The notes beneath the pieces were generated by a model. The model did not search any database and was not told the DNA's origin. It was given only the letters and a program-made list of their open reading frames with translations. 64,000 nt of DNA from Octopus sinensis (taxonomy: Eukaryota), in NCBI RefSeq assembly GCF_006345805.1, contig NC_043001.1, positions 118,854,001 to 118,918,000 on the forward strand, read 5' to 3'. Shown here piece by piece: positions 1-12,921 of this stretch. Numbering within the stretch: the stretch's first letter is position 1; every line of letters begins with the position of its first letter. A program made the translations under genes and the position numbers.

Positions 1-113
1 TGTGATGCATGTGCCTGGTGTACCTTTATCAGACGGGTAGTCATGATGGGTATACTGGGCTTCGTATATTTTACCCCAGTGTCACTTTGATGACATGCAC
101 TGCTCTCTCACTC
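1..113 (+). repeat. Short dispersed repeat (probable retroelement 3' end) with (AAT)n tail
   Basis: Reverse complement of 28341-28452 and partly 15068-15117 (shared gagagagcagtg.atg.catcaaagt.acactggggta); runs straight into (AAT)n. Confidence 0.7.
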
Positions 114-175
<62 letters not shown>

Positions 176-226
176 TCGACTTGCCCCCTTACCCCAAAAT
201 TTTCAAGACCTTGTACCTAGAGTAGA

Positions 227-270
<44 letters not shown>

Positions 271-390
271 TAATAATACCTGTTGTCTCTTGAGGTCTCT
301 GGGTGAGACTTGGAGCCAACTTGTACAGACATAAAGCAAAAGTCAACCATAGAATAATAATAATGATTATTATTATTATTATTATTATTT

Positions 391-458
<68 letters not shown>

Positions 459-520
459 TATTATTATTGGTGTTATTATTTATTATATTATTATTATATT
501 ATTATTATTATTATTATTAT
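114..520. repeat. (AAT)n/(TAT)n microsatellites interrupted by a SINE tail (172-228) and a LINE 3' UTR fragment (278-355)
   Basis: Visible triplet repeats; 172-228 matches SINE 3' ends elsewhere (e.g. 15020-15048); 278-355 resembles the continuation of the 3' UTR cut at 31370. Confidence 0.8.
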
Positions 521-2180
521 TCAGTAGTTTTATTTTTATAGCGTGCTTTCACTTCACTACCGAGCACAGCTCTGTGTGTCTTGGGTATGTGCTGTGATTT
601 GTTGTGATGCTCTGATGGTTATTGTATGCAAAGTGTTCTGCGTAGGATGTGTGCAGTGCCTAGTAGTGCAATTTTCTGTATGTTATATGTGTTTGTAAGT
701 CCTGGTTTTTTGTTATGTATTTGTCTGAATATTTTTTTATCATGCCTAATGCACCTACTATGATAGGAATTGTTTCTGTTTTCAGATTCCACATTCTAGT
801 TACCTCTATTTCCAGGTCTTTGTATTTTGAGAGTTTCTCCATTTCTTTTAGAGACACGTTGTCATCAGCCGGTATTGATACATCAATTAGAAAGCATTTT
901 TTTTCTTCAAGATCTCTGACAACTATATCTGGTCTGTTGGCCTTAATTTCTCTATCTGTGTGTATCGGCATATCCCAGAGTATGGTTGCTTTCTCGTTTT
1001 CTGTGACCTTTTCTGGTGTGTGCCTATACCATCTTTTTTCTGTTGTTATTCCATAATGTTGGCATAGCTTCCAATGTATGTAGGTTCCAACTCTGTCATG
1101 TCTGTGAATATATTCCTTCTTAGCCAAGACTGGGCAGCTAGAGATAATATGATTTATTGTTTCTTGTCCATCTCCACATATTCTGCAGTTACTTGTAAAT
1201 TTCTTTTCATTACATGTTTTTGGTAATTTCTGGTGGGGAGGCTTTGGTCTTGTGCTGCAATTAAAAATCCCTCTGTTTCTGCTTTGAGTCCTGAGCTTCT
1301 CAACCATTGCTGGGATTTTTCTTTGTCTATTTCTTTTGCGTTTAGTTTAGTCCAGTATTTACCATGAAGGGGCTTTTCTTGCCATCGTTTTATCATGGTT
1401 CGTTGCTGTTCTATTTTTAGTTTGGATTTCATTTGTCTTAGAGCTTTTGTTGTTTCTTCATCTTCTTCTTCTTCTTCATGTTTATTAGGTGGTATGATTT
1501 CTTGTTTGTATTTGTCAGCTTCCTTAAATACTGAGAACAGTTTTTTGTTTTGCTCGTGTTTTGCCGCTATCTGGATCAGTTTTCCTTCCTTCTGAAGTAG
1601 ATATTTTTGCAGTCCTATGGTGGTTATTTATAGTAGTTTTCCAGCTGTATAAGGCCTCTACCACATTCTATACGTTGTATATATAGTCTTTCTATGTCAG
1701 ATTTTGGGTGATGCATCCTAGATCCTGTCATTATTTTTCTTGTTTTCCTATCTATTTTGGTCAGTTCATTTCGTGTCCAGTTAAGGATATTGTAGCTGTA
1801 ACTTATAACTGGGACAGCTAAAGTGTTGATACCTATTATCTTGTTTTTAGCATTGAACTCTGTGTTTAGTATTGATCTAACTCGTCTATAATATTCTTTT
1901 TTTTTTTTTCTCTTCATTGTGTGTGTTGTGTCTTATCTAGTTCATGGATTCCTAAGTATTTGTAAGTTTGGCTTTGGTCTAATTCTTTTATTTCATTGGT
2001 TTTATCTAGTGTGATGTTGTTACTCTTAACTAGTTTTCCTCTTTTCAGGGTTACTTTGGCGCATTTTTCTAATCCAAATTTCATATCTATTTCTTTGGTA
2101 AATCCATGAACTGTCTTTAATAGTGTTTCCAGCTGTTTGTCATTTGCAGCGTATAGTTTTAGGTCATCCATACATAAAAG
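521..2180 (-). mobile_element. 5'-truncated R4/Dong-type non-LTR retrotransposon (RT C-terminus, CCHC finger, restriction-like endonuclease)
   Basis: ORF pieces show (Y/C)MDDLKLYA, CRICGDGQETINHIISSC, ANRPDIVV..LIDVSIP..KLSKYKDL; 3' UTR abuts (TAA)n at 521; nearly identical by eye to 48440-50100. Confidence 0.93.
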
Positions 2181-2718
2181 TTGCTTACACACACGCACAC
2201 GCACACAAGCAATTGCATATGCACGTACGTATGTATTCATATCTGTAAGTAGATAACCCAAAATAATAAAAAAGGAATCAAAACCAATAAAACTGCAATA
2301 CCAACATCGAAGTGAATCCCTTTTTTTTTACCCAGAAACTCCCTTTGCATTTGTTTCTCCTGTTGTTGTTTTTGTATCTTATTTTCTTTCTTTCTATATT
2401 TATATTTTTCATAGTTCAAACTCTGATAAAAGAAATAGTAACATTACTACAAACATCTGAAGAAATTTCCTAAGGCTTAGCTCGCCATTCTCTATGGTTC
2501 CAATATGTGCGTGTGTCTGTATGTATATACGCATGCGCGCACATATATATATATACAAACAAGAGAGAAGAAAAGACTGAAAGACATCTAGAAAGGATGG
2601 CGGGCAACAGCAGCAACATTAATAATACCCACCAGCAACAAGTCAAGATAAAAAGAAAAATATAAAGGGATTCACTTTCTGTGCGTACATAGAAGCTTAC
2701 GAACACATATATTATACA

Positions 2719-3112
2719 CTAGCAGTATCGCCCGGCGTTGCTCGGGTTTGTTTCGACCCTTTAGAATTGGAATTTTTGAAAATTAAAAATTTTGCATTAT
2801 GTAGCTTGTTATTCTCTTTAAGTAAACATTTTTCTGGTTGAAATACACCGAAAAATGACGACACAGCAGTCAAAAAATCGTAAAAAATATGGATTTTCAT
2901 AGAAAAAAAAAGAACCTTTTTGATGTTAATAATGTTTTGTCTTAACATGGTCTGATTTGAATTTTATCTTCTATGGAATGAAGAGCAAGCCTTTTTCTAT
3001 CATACTCTCAATTTTGGTCAACTTGCGCCGCAGGGTCTCGGAGGGGATAGTGTTAGTTGAAGGCTGCCAAACCTGCCACACACAGACAATTTTAGCTTTA
3101 TATATATATAGA
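2719..3112 (-). mobile_element. Non-autonomous Helitron
   Basis: Minus strand begins A|TCTATATATATATAAAGC and ends with GC hairpin CCCGAGCAACGCCGGG followed by CTAG|T (plus 2719-2722 ctag, hairpin 2731-2746); no TSD. Confidence 0.8.
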
Positions 3113-3700
3113 TATAGATATAGATATACGCATACAACACATAAAATAGCTTCATCCTCACAGATGATTGCCGTCTCTTTCTGCTTTCTCGTTGTCAATG
3201 GCATTTCTGACTTCCGTCCATGACCTCTCAGAAGACTATACATTTCCGCTGCTGATCTGTATGGTTTGAAGAATAGGTGACAGACAAAAGTAATAACTCA
3301 TTGTACACTTCCAACTTGCCAGGTCTAAACACGTCGCCACTCTGCCATCACTATATCACTTGCAGTAGATAGAATGACACATGGGGTCACCATAAAACAT
3401 CTGTACGGATTAGAGGTGGACGCTTGTACAATACGAATACCACTTTCTGGGTCTTTGTGATCAGTACCAAGTGACAGGTCGAAGTGAGACGACCAATAAT
3501 CACGTAAAACCGCAGTTTTTATATCTGAGCGTCCCTCTCCTAGAAGGATGATGTGACAACACCTAGAGGTCCCTCCCACTCTCGGTGGTTTGCTGCACGC
3601 CCTGAAACCAACCAAGGTTATTTCTGCATTCTCGCGCTCAGATGAATTGTCATCACATGCTTGTTAACTTATAGCTGGGAATCTGACAGATCGTGGAATC

Positions 3701-3763
3701 TGAGGATCGTGGAGTCACCTCCTAAAAGTAGACCCTGGTTAAGAGGTGATTCCACGATCCTCA
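3701..3763. other. 21-bp inverted repeat with 21-nt loop
   Basis: tgaggatcgtggagtcacctc (3701-3721) pairs with gaggtgattccacgatcctca (3743-3763) with a single G-U. Confidence 0.85.
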
Positions 3764-3842
3764 AAATCTTGGAACTCCCGAACCAGAGTCCCTCTACCGG
3801 ATGCAGTTTAAAGTTATATTCAGGATATACAAACATGCATAC

Positions 3843-4048
3843 ATTTTACTTGTTTCAATTCTTTGACTGCAGCCATTCTGGAAAAGGTTTTAATCGAATA
3901 AATCGACACCAGTACTTATTTTTTTAAAAACCTGGTGCTTACTCTGTCGAGCTCTTTTTGCCGAACTACTATATTACGGGGATATAAACAAACCAGCCTC
4001 GCTTATCAAGTGGTGGTTGGACATGCACATACATACATACACATACAA

Positions 4049-4090
<42 letters not shown>

Positions 4091-4247
4091 TAGGTTCTTT
4101 TCAGTTTCTGTCTACCAAATCCATTCACAAGGCCCTTGGTCGGCCCACGACCATAGTAAAAGACACTTGCGCGAGGTCTCACGCAGTGGAGCTAAACACA
4201 GAATCATGTGTTTGGGAAGTAATCTTCTTACCACACAGCTACGCCTG

Positions 4248-4250
<3 letters not shown>
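3843..4250 (-). mobile_element. tRNA-derived SINE, family S2 (internal CA/TA microsatellite)
   Basis: Matches 19133-19531 and 47858-48273 (gtttctgtctaccaaatcc, ttgactgcagccat, aatcgac..cag). Confidence 0.8.
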
Positions 4251-4297
<47 letters not shown>

Positions 4298-4788
4298 CAC
4301 AGTTATATAAATCTTTACCCTACCCTAGTCTCAGTCTCTCCCTCTCTCTCTAAATTTTACTTTCTTTTCTCTTCTTTTCCAATTGTTATTCTACTTCTTT
4401 TGCCATCCTTCGCCAATGTCTCTCCCCGTCTCTTCTGTTTTTTTGTCTCTCCTCTGTTTTGCTCTCCTCAGCCCTCTTTAATTATCATCAGCATTTTTCT
4501 TTTACTTAATTTTCTTTTTTAAAATAATGTTTTTTTTTATTTATCTTTCCATTAATCTTGCTTCCTATTTAAATTTCTTAATTACTTTGTGTATCATGTT
4601 TGTTTATTTCTTTTTCCCGCTCGTTTCCTTCATTTAATCTATTTCCAAACAAAATATTTTTTTGTAACATGTATCTTGTAAACAGCGACGTTGATTTTTA
4701 GGTTTCTAATAGGCCAATCATCGATTCATCGTAGTTCAGATGCTGAGAGTACCACGAGCTTATGTTTATGTGTAATTGGGACAATAAA

Positions 4789-5675
4789 CAAAGTTTGATC
4801 AATAAGTATCCGGACTGTTGCCATAGTAACGAAGCTAAAGCACGCAGAGTAAAGCTGCTTGGAAAAAATTGAGCTTGAATTCTGGTGTGCATGTGCATTA
4901 ATTTTAACGTTCTAGCTCACTTCCGCTGTTCACAGCAGTGCTTGGAAGGAAGGTGTGTAGCGTGTGATCGTCATATTGACCATGACAGAGAAAATTGTCA
5001 TGGCAATACTTGCCGAGAGACCCGCGGAAAGTTGCAGAAAGTGTATGGAGAGGAGTGTATCAGCCGCACACAAGTGTACGAGTAGTTCAGACGTTTCCAA
5101 AATGGCCGAAAAAATGTCGATTTTGACGAACGTTCTGGGAGAACCGCAACCAGCAGAACTGAGAAAAACATCGCTGATGTGCGTGCAGCTGAGAGGGGAA
5201 ATCGTCGAATCATCATCTATGAGTTATCAGAGGATGTGTATATTAGTTACGGTCCAGTTCAGTCCATTATCACTGAAGATTTGGGTATGAGACGCGTGTC
5301 TGCCAAGTTTGTGCCAAACTGCTTTCGGCTGACCAAAAAGACATTCGGGTTTCATTTGTATAAGATCTCCTTGATTGTGTTGAGAACGATGAAAATGCTT
5401 TGAAAACTTTCGTAGGCCGCTGAGCAGGTATCGTCAAGCTTTTGGCAAAATTTAATGCAGATTCTCTACTCAACTTTCATGGTTACTGCGACGATCACAC
5501 GCTACACACCTTCCTTCCAAGCACTGCTGTAAACAGCGGAAGAGAGTTAGAATGTTAAAACTTAGTGTACATGTGCAACAGAGTTCAAGGTCAAGCTTTG
5601 CCTACCGGCTTTACTTTACGTTATTTAGTTTCATTACTACGGCAACAGTCCGGATACTTATTGATCAGAATAGTA
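4789..5675 (+). mobile_element. Internally deleted mariner-type DNA transposon
   Basis: TIRs tgatcaataagtatccggactgttgcc (4796) and ggcaacagtccggatacttattgatca (5641-5667); transposase HTH remnant KLQKVYGEECISRTQVYE*FRRFQNG..EDLGMRRVSAKFVP. Confidence 0.88.
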
Positions 5676-5867
5676 TGTTTGTTTGACGCACCAATTTATC
5701 AGTTTTCCCGACAATATACACCAGAAATGTTTGAATAGACACAAAAATGTATTAAAGCAATCTTATAGTTACAAGGCATCACATCTTAATAAACGAAATA
5801 ACTTCGCCTACAGCGCATTGAATACCTTATTGATTTATAGTCTCAAATAATGATTGACTCATATATG

Positions 5868-5956
<89 letters not shown>

Positions 5957-5959
5957 CAA

Positions 5960-6300
5960 ATGAGAGAAACGGAAAATGGAATTCATGAGATTAATTATTT
6001 ATCACAACGGTCGTTCGACTCATCTTGCATCGTTCCCTCGCGAGTGATATACTAAACAACTGAGTATGGTGCATCCTTCGGTGCAGATATGTCTTGTCAA
6101 GTGACTTTTCAAAAGGTACCTCGTTCAATAAACTCCGTTTCGCTTAAAGCGATCTCGACTTTAAATCAACTCGCTTTGTTTTCTAACTGAACTACCACTA
6201 ACTACAACATTTTCTGAATTTCTGTTCAAACTTACTGCTATCGCTACCATAACATTCCAATCCAGATACCATTTATACTATTATGCAGAACAGTAACCAA
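5960..6300 (-). mobile_element. Probable Penelope-like 3'/pLTR relic with a very degenerate hammerhead-like motif (6000-6049)
   Basis: Minus: tatcac..gaacgaccgtt gtgata followed by aaataa; stem I intact but core and stem II poor; next to (TA)n. Confidence 0.35.
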
Positions 6301-6599
6301 CCCAGCAACAATGCCAATATCTCTTCGAAGAGCCAACGCAGCTCAATGATAACACATTGCTTATTCACTTATGTAATAGAAAAGCAGCAGCAGTTTTCCC
6401 AATAGAGACACTTTCTAAAATAACTATTTTATTTCGCTTCTTAAAGCATGTGGTGATTCTATTTAATTATTTTCTACAGACTCACTTGTACGAAAGCACA
6501 CAAAATGCTCACTGTCCGTAGACTCACTTGTACAGAAGTATACGTATTGCTTATGCACTTGTATCTTGACCATGCATGAGGGAATCCATTCGTCGATTT

Positions 6600-7043
6600 A
6601 TCATCAGCAACATTCACTCCTTTTGGTATCTTTGTATTGTTTGGTTTTCACAACGTATTGTTTAGGCTGACACTCATCAATTGCTGCTTTCTCAGCAATG
6701 TTATGGTGGGATAATGTTGCGTGCATTATATGACAGATGACAAAGCATATTCTCTCAGCTATTTTGGATATGTAATGCAAAATCAAAGTCCTCTCCTTCA
6801 TTCCTCTTTTGCTTCGCTTCGCTAGCAGCGTTCACTTTCTCTTTCGCTCGGTAGTCGCCAGTAGCGCAATTCTAACCAAATATCTTGTCTTCGTACGCAA
6901 CTCTAGCTCATCTTATAAAGGACGCGCTTACTGACGAAAAATTCAATTTACCGTATCTCTTTTTCTATCATTACCACGCGGCATGAATATTATCTTCACC
7001 TCTGTGACATTCTCTACTCCCACCACGTGCGACGTTGAAAGGG
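6600..7043 (-). mobile_element. Possible piggyBac-like relic
   Basis: Terminus reads CCCTTTCAACG on minus (plus aaaggg 7038-7043); ORF 6604-6801 has AAIDEC..KQY, weakly like piggyBac IDE..KQY; no second TIR, flank AATT rather than TTAA. Confidence 0.25.
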
Positions 7044-7155
7044 AATTTTAAAATCGAGAATAAATGTATTTTGCTATTTCTAAAACACTGAAAATTACGT
7101 ATTTGATTTTACAATTACGAACATATGCACAAGCCTTTTCTACAACACATTTAAT

Positions 7156-7590
7156 GGGATCTTTTCGGATTGAACGCCAGTTTTTAACATAATTTCCACA
7201 TAACTAAACACTTTTAAACTTCGTATACTGGTAGAATGTATTTATAAAACCTCTTTTTCTCTTGGCTTTATTGAGAAAATTCTATAGTTTGTAAGATATT
7301 TGTTGTTTTTTTCTTCAATTTCTGCAATTTCAACCAATCAATGACGTCTATTGAGGTGAAAACATTCTGTGCCGTATGAATATGTCCCTCGTTTAAGAAA
7401 CAGATTGGGTTTATTTACATTTGTGAAGAAAAAAAGATACCCTTCCCCGCCACCCCTATCCCTAACACTAACTCTAACCCTAACCCTAAAACAGATTGAA
7501 ATACAATAGATCGATACTAGGGTCATAATTATGGGTGACAATTTCATATGACACCGCTAGAAAAACTGCCGTTCAAACCGAAAAGATCCC
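7156..7590. mobile_element. MITE with 30-bp TIRs and internal (CCCTAA)-like repeats
   Basis: gggatcttttcggattgaacgccagttttt vs reverse complement of aaaaactgccgttcaaaccgaaaagatccc (2 mismatches); AT on both outer sides. Confidence 0.88.
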
Positions 7591-8810
7591 ATTTATGCAC
7601 AGTTTACCTATACTAGTGTTGTTTGAAGCTTGTTAGTTTTTTGTGTATGTATTCTTGTCTCAATTGAAACCTGTACTTCTAAAAATTTGGAAGAACACGC
7701 ACTACAACCACTTTGAATTATATTGACACTAGGCCGGAAAAAAGTTTACGCTGAAAATAAGATAGAACTATTAAAAAAATACATATACGAAGTCATATCA
7801 TTACTATTATGAATAAATCCATATACGTGCTTATCTAGTCTTGATGTAGACTCAGGTATCTACGAGGTACTTTTTGCTAACCTAAAAAGCAAGTCGAATC
7901 AATTAGTTTTATCACAAATATGTATTTAGGAACATATTTGTCTACACTTTAACAAGCAGTCTTGGCATTTTGTTAAAGAAGGATTAGCAGAAATCCACAA
8001 TAAACGCATCAAAATGTTACCGGACTACCAATTAAAATGTCTTCCTTGTACAGCCTAGCCACTAAATATGAATCTTAAGGTAGCAATATCTCAACGCTCT
8101 AATTAGCAGTAGCACTGTAAATTTAATATGTACATTGTCGGTTTGCAGTGCTGAGTTCGGCGTCAGCTATAGATACTGCTTGAAGAGGAAAGTACAGTTC
8201 TCAGTGAAACTTACTTCCTTTAAATACATTATATGAAGAATATGGCTTCAGTATGAGATTTAAACATTCTCAAATGGATTATAGGATCACAGGACTATTA
8301 AAACATAGCTCAATACTGTTCGCATGCATTGTACCTATTTGTAGTAAGATGCAGAGAACCGGTGATAACTGAATATCTTGTTCTGGGCACAGCATAAACC
8401 TACGTGTTGGAATGCGAACCATAAAACCAATTCTTCAGCCACCAAATATGTCCATATCTCCAACTCTCACAGCTCTCGAGCTATCAGCACACAACCTCTC
8501 GATTTGTTTGAAACAGCAGTGAATGTCTCTCAGATCATACACTACAATTTAAATCAAGGAAGGACATAATGGATAATGTAATAATACAGACACACACGTA
8601 CGCATACATACACGTGTGTGTGTGTGCGCGCGTGAATGCGTGCGTGTGTGTATGAGAGAGTGTGAGAGACTATGTGCATGTATACATACGTATTTATATA
8701 TAGGTACATATATATCTACCTGCCTATATACATATATATGAATGTAGAGATGTATGAATGTGCGTGTATGTGTGTATATATATAAATGTATATCTATCTA
8801 TCTACCTGTC

Positions 8811-8847
<37 letters not shown>

Positions 8848-9498
8848 ATACGCACACACACACAATACACGCACGCACACATACACACACACACAACGTG
8901 ATCGCCACAGTTGAAGCGCTCTGGGGTTGAACAATAGCAACAACAAAAACGCAACAACGAAGATCTTGTCCCATGATTTTTTGTTTCCTTACCTCATTAT
9001 GTTGTCGTTTGTTATCTTTATTTACAGGTCGTTGTGTTCTGTCTCCTTTACTGATATCTATTCTAATTTGATGAGCATGTCACATCTATCAGATTGCAAA
9101 TCAATGTTCGTTTGTCTTGGATGAAAATGTTATTTAGTTAGTTCTTATCTCCCTGTCTCTGCGTATAAGCCTATTCAAAAGTACTATTTATTTTTTTACA
9201 ACTACCCTCACGGTTATGCAAATATCATTTTCCCTTCACTTATTTGCATATATATTATATTCCAGTGGAGATAACTAGCAACTTTCTTTCCTATCTATGG
9301 AGATACGCAGACTTGGTTAAAGGTTTCGGCCTCCTGGCCAAGGTGTATAAGACTCTGGTTTGAAGACATCAAATTAGAGTTATCTCCTGCAATAAAAAGG
9401 CGCTGTGTTATAATCCCTATTCCTAGTGTAACATTAAGGTGGAACCCCACCCCCTACGCTGCCCGCAAATATAATATAACCCAATTATAATATAAAAA

Positions 9499-9730
9499 GG
9501 TGGTGAGCTAGCAGAAACGCTAGCACGCCAGGATAAATGCTTAGCGGTATTTCGTCTGCCGTTACGTTCTGAGTTCAAATTCTGCCGAGGTCGACTTTGC
9601 CATTCATCCTTTCGGGGTCGATAAATTAAGTACCAGTTACGCACTGGGGTCGATGTAATCGATTTAATCCCTTTGTCTGTCCTTGTTTGTCCCCTCTATG
9701 TTTAGCCCCTTGTGGGCAATAAAGAAATAA
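9499..9730 (+). mobile_element. tRNA-derived SINE, family S1
   Basis: Head gg.gg.gagct.gcagaa, B-box-like gagttcaaat, core gtcgactttgcc.ttcatcctttcggggtcgataaa; many copies in window. Confidence 0.88.
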
Positions 9731-10009
9731 CAAATATAATATAACTCGGTGGGTGCAAGTGTGCCTCGATATGGTTACTCATGTTGCTAGAAACAACAGC
9801 CAAATCACAGGATACTATCGTAGTAAATGAAATACAAGTTAGTACAGTTGTAAAAACTAACATTTTCTTTTTCCAAGCTGAGATTCGAAACCAAATCGCT
9901 CGTCTTATCTACCACTGACCAAACAGGAGCGAACGAAATTTCATTGTCCTGTCGAAAAGTGATGGATGAAATTCTCTTCGACCTATGACCTGAGCTGTGT
10001 CATTTAAGG

Positions 10010-10330
10010 TTCAAGTGGACAGGAGGCGACCTACATAGGTAGAAATTACTCCTGTGGTATGTCCGTTCATCAAACTGTCATGGCCATTATAAATACAGGC
10101 AAAAATCCGTCAAGGAACTGCAGATAACCATCACCAAGAGAATTGTCAAGAGACAAGCAGACAGCCAGCAAGTAACTTGCACCAGTCAAGCAGCCAACAT
10201 AGAACCACATATTCTGCATGAACGACCCAACACAATAGCAGTCGCAGAACATAAACAGATACCACCGAATGACCAACGCACACACAGACACAAAACATGC
10301 CCGGTTCTACCTCATCACATCGACACAGTA
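10010..10330 (+). pseudogene. Possible decayed LINE ORF1 region
   Basis: VQVDRRRPT*..CP followed by a long Q/T-rich open frame, loosely parallel to 12922-13500. Confidence 0.22.
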
Positions 10331-12188
10331 TTTCCCTTGATTATTTTTTTCTTCGCCAAATCGAAGGAAGTTGGCAATGTCATGTAGTGAATTTTCTGGT
10401 GTATACAACACGTAAATGCCAGTGTCGATTAAATAAATTATTTGAACCATAATCCGATGCTTTACCATTGTTTCACTTTGTCGTCTACACGCCTATTTCA
10501 TCTGCTACCTCAACGACATCTTTTGCTACACCTTTCCCACTACACAGTCTTGGGTATACTATTCCTGAAAGTAAGACGAAATTAGTATGGCTGCAATACT
10601 TTCTGTCATGAATTTGCAAGGATCAAAGTCAACCTATGGCTAACCAACAACAATACTGGATGCAGAAATAATTGGGTACATGGCTTCTGTAAGCACACAA
10701 TACTAGGTTAACTCTTATTGTGTAGCAAGTGCTTTCTGCCATAGTTTCGGGTTCACGGGTTGCTCGATGCCTTTCAAGTCGGTTGGTGAAATCGTCAGAG
10801 TGCCGGACAAATACCTTTCAGTAACTGAACCGGTTCTTTGGGTTCTGAATTCAAATCTCGCTGAGACCAGATTTGCTATCCATCCTTCCGGAGTTTGTAT
10901 AAAATACCAATTAGTATAATACCAGTTAGTATAAAATACCTACGCCTTCCTCACGTACCCAGAACCAACTATACTACTTTGAGAGGGAGGACGTGGGAAA
11001 CCATTTACAGAACCCGTTCCTCTGAGAAATAGAAGATATTTGAAATAGCTGCTCAAAAAATCGTACGAATAACCCGTAGAACATGGCGGACACGAAATAG
11101 TTAAAAAATACACTAAAATAAACTAAAAATAAACTGTTAAATTATTACGATATTATACTTTTACTTTTGCAGCTGCGGCCTTTCATTTAATTGTTTTCAT
11201 TAGAAAAAATGATAAAGCTGATCACAGCCAACAACTTATGGTTTCGAGGTCACCAGACGGTTATTCTAAATATTCTGATAGTTTCAAGAGAAAAGAAAAA
11301 AAAATGCAAAAAAGAAAAAAAGAAAAAAAAAAAAGAAAGCAAAATGTAAAACTGATAAGTAGAAAGAAACAAAGGAAATGAAAGACAAGAAAGCCTTTTG
11401 GAAGTATTCCAACGATAGTTTCTTTATTTCTTTTTTAGAGCACAACTCTTACCTTTTACTAAAACACTTTGAAATTTATGCCTAAATCATTTTTTTATGA
11501 AATCTATTTTTCCGTTTCTTCCAATGACCAGATATTTCATTTTTTTTCTTTTTTCTGAAGTAAATTTTTTGTTTCTTTGGTAATTTTGCTCCCCTCTACT
11601 TATTGCATTTTCTTTACTGTCATCTAGGACAGCTATCGTTATAATCATACATTATTATCCTTTCCTCTTCCCGATAATACTACCACATTTCTGTGTTATT
11701 ATACGATCATAGTGAATACAGAAAAAAAGCCGACAACAACATTACATCTTAAAGTTTTCATGTTCTATTAGACATCATTCAAGTTGTGTTCAAAGCCACG
11801 GTTTCTTATTCTCCGTCAACGATCCTAATAAACTCCATTCAGCTCAGCACAGACGATTCTAAAATGTTATGGCGGATTCGTTTATACTCAGGTTGCACTT
11901 ACACCCAACACAGAGATCTGATTACGGAAAGATTCCTCGTTCTTCACCTGCTTTGCATACATATATTTATACATACACGAACTCATTCATATCTGCATCC
12001 ACATAGAAACACTCCTATATGTATATTCGTATGTGTGTGCATATGCACATGTATGTGCATATATATGTATTTCGGTGCGAATGGTTTTTTATTTGGCACC
12101 GTTTTTACATTCCTGTAAATAATAATAATAATAATGGTATTTTTATATAAGCTTAAAGCTTATGGCGATCAGTGTGCAATGACTAAGG

Positions 12189-12266
<78 letters not shown>

Positions 12267-12267
12267 G

Positions 12268-12306
<39 letters not shown>

Positions 12307-12331
12307 TATATACATACACACATATATATTC

Positions 12332-12370
<39 letters not shown>

Positions 12371-12395
12371 TATGGATATATATATATTATATATA

Positions 12396-12450
<55 letters not shown>

Positions 12451-12921
12451 TATATTATATATATAATACATATGTTATATATATATGAATATATACATTC
12501 ACAAAGATGTATGTACATATATATTTATATGTGCATATAACTATAACTATCAAGATAAACAGCGCATGATCTTGCAGGTGAGGCCCAGTTAGAATTTTCT
12601 TCAGGTTGACTAGCCCATCCTGCTCAAAAGCTCCTTGAATAAGGTTTGGTTAAGGGGAATGAACGAAATACTCATGTTTCCAGGGGTGAATTAGTCAAAC
12701 ACCAAAATATCCTTCTCAACACATAGCTATGATGCACCTCCGCCAACTCCTGTTCGTGATCAGAGATGCACATATCGTCAGCCACTGAGGGACATCCTTA
12801 ACTGGTTAAGTTCAGGCAACTAACAAGCAAAAGGTTTGTACATTTTGTTGATAAATTGTGGATTATCAACAAAAGTCGACCTCGGTAGAATTTGAACATA
12901 AAGAGGCGAATAGAATACTAA

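Noticed and set aside
7455-7490. Telomere or interstitial telomeric array
   Set aside because: Only a few degenerate units, enclosed within a TIR element.
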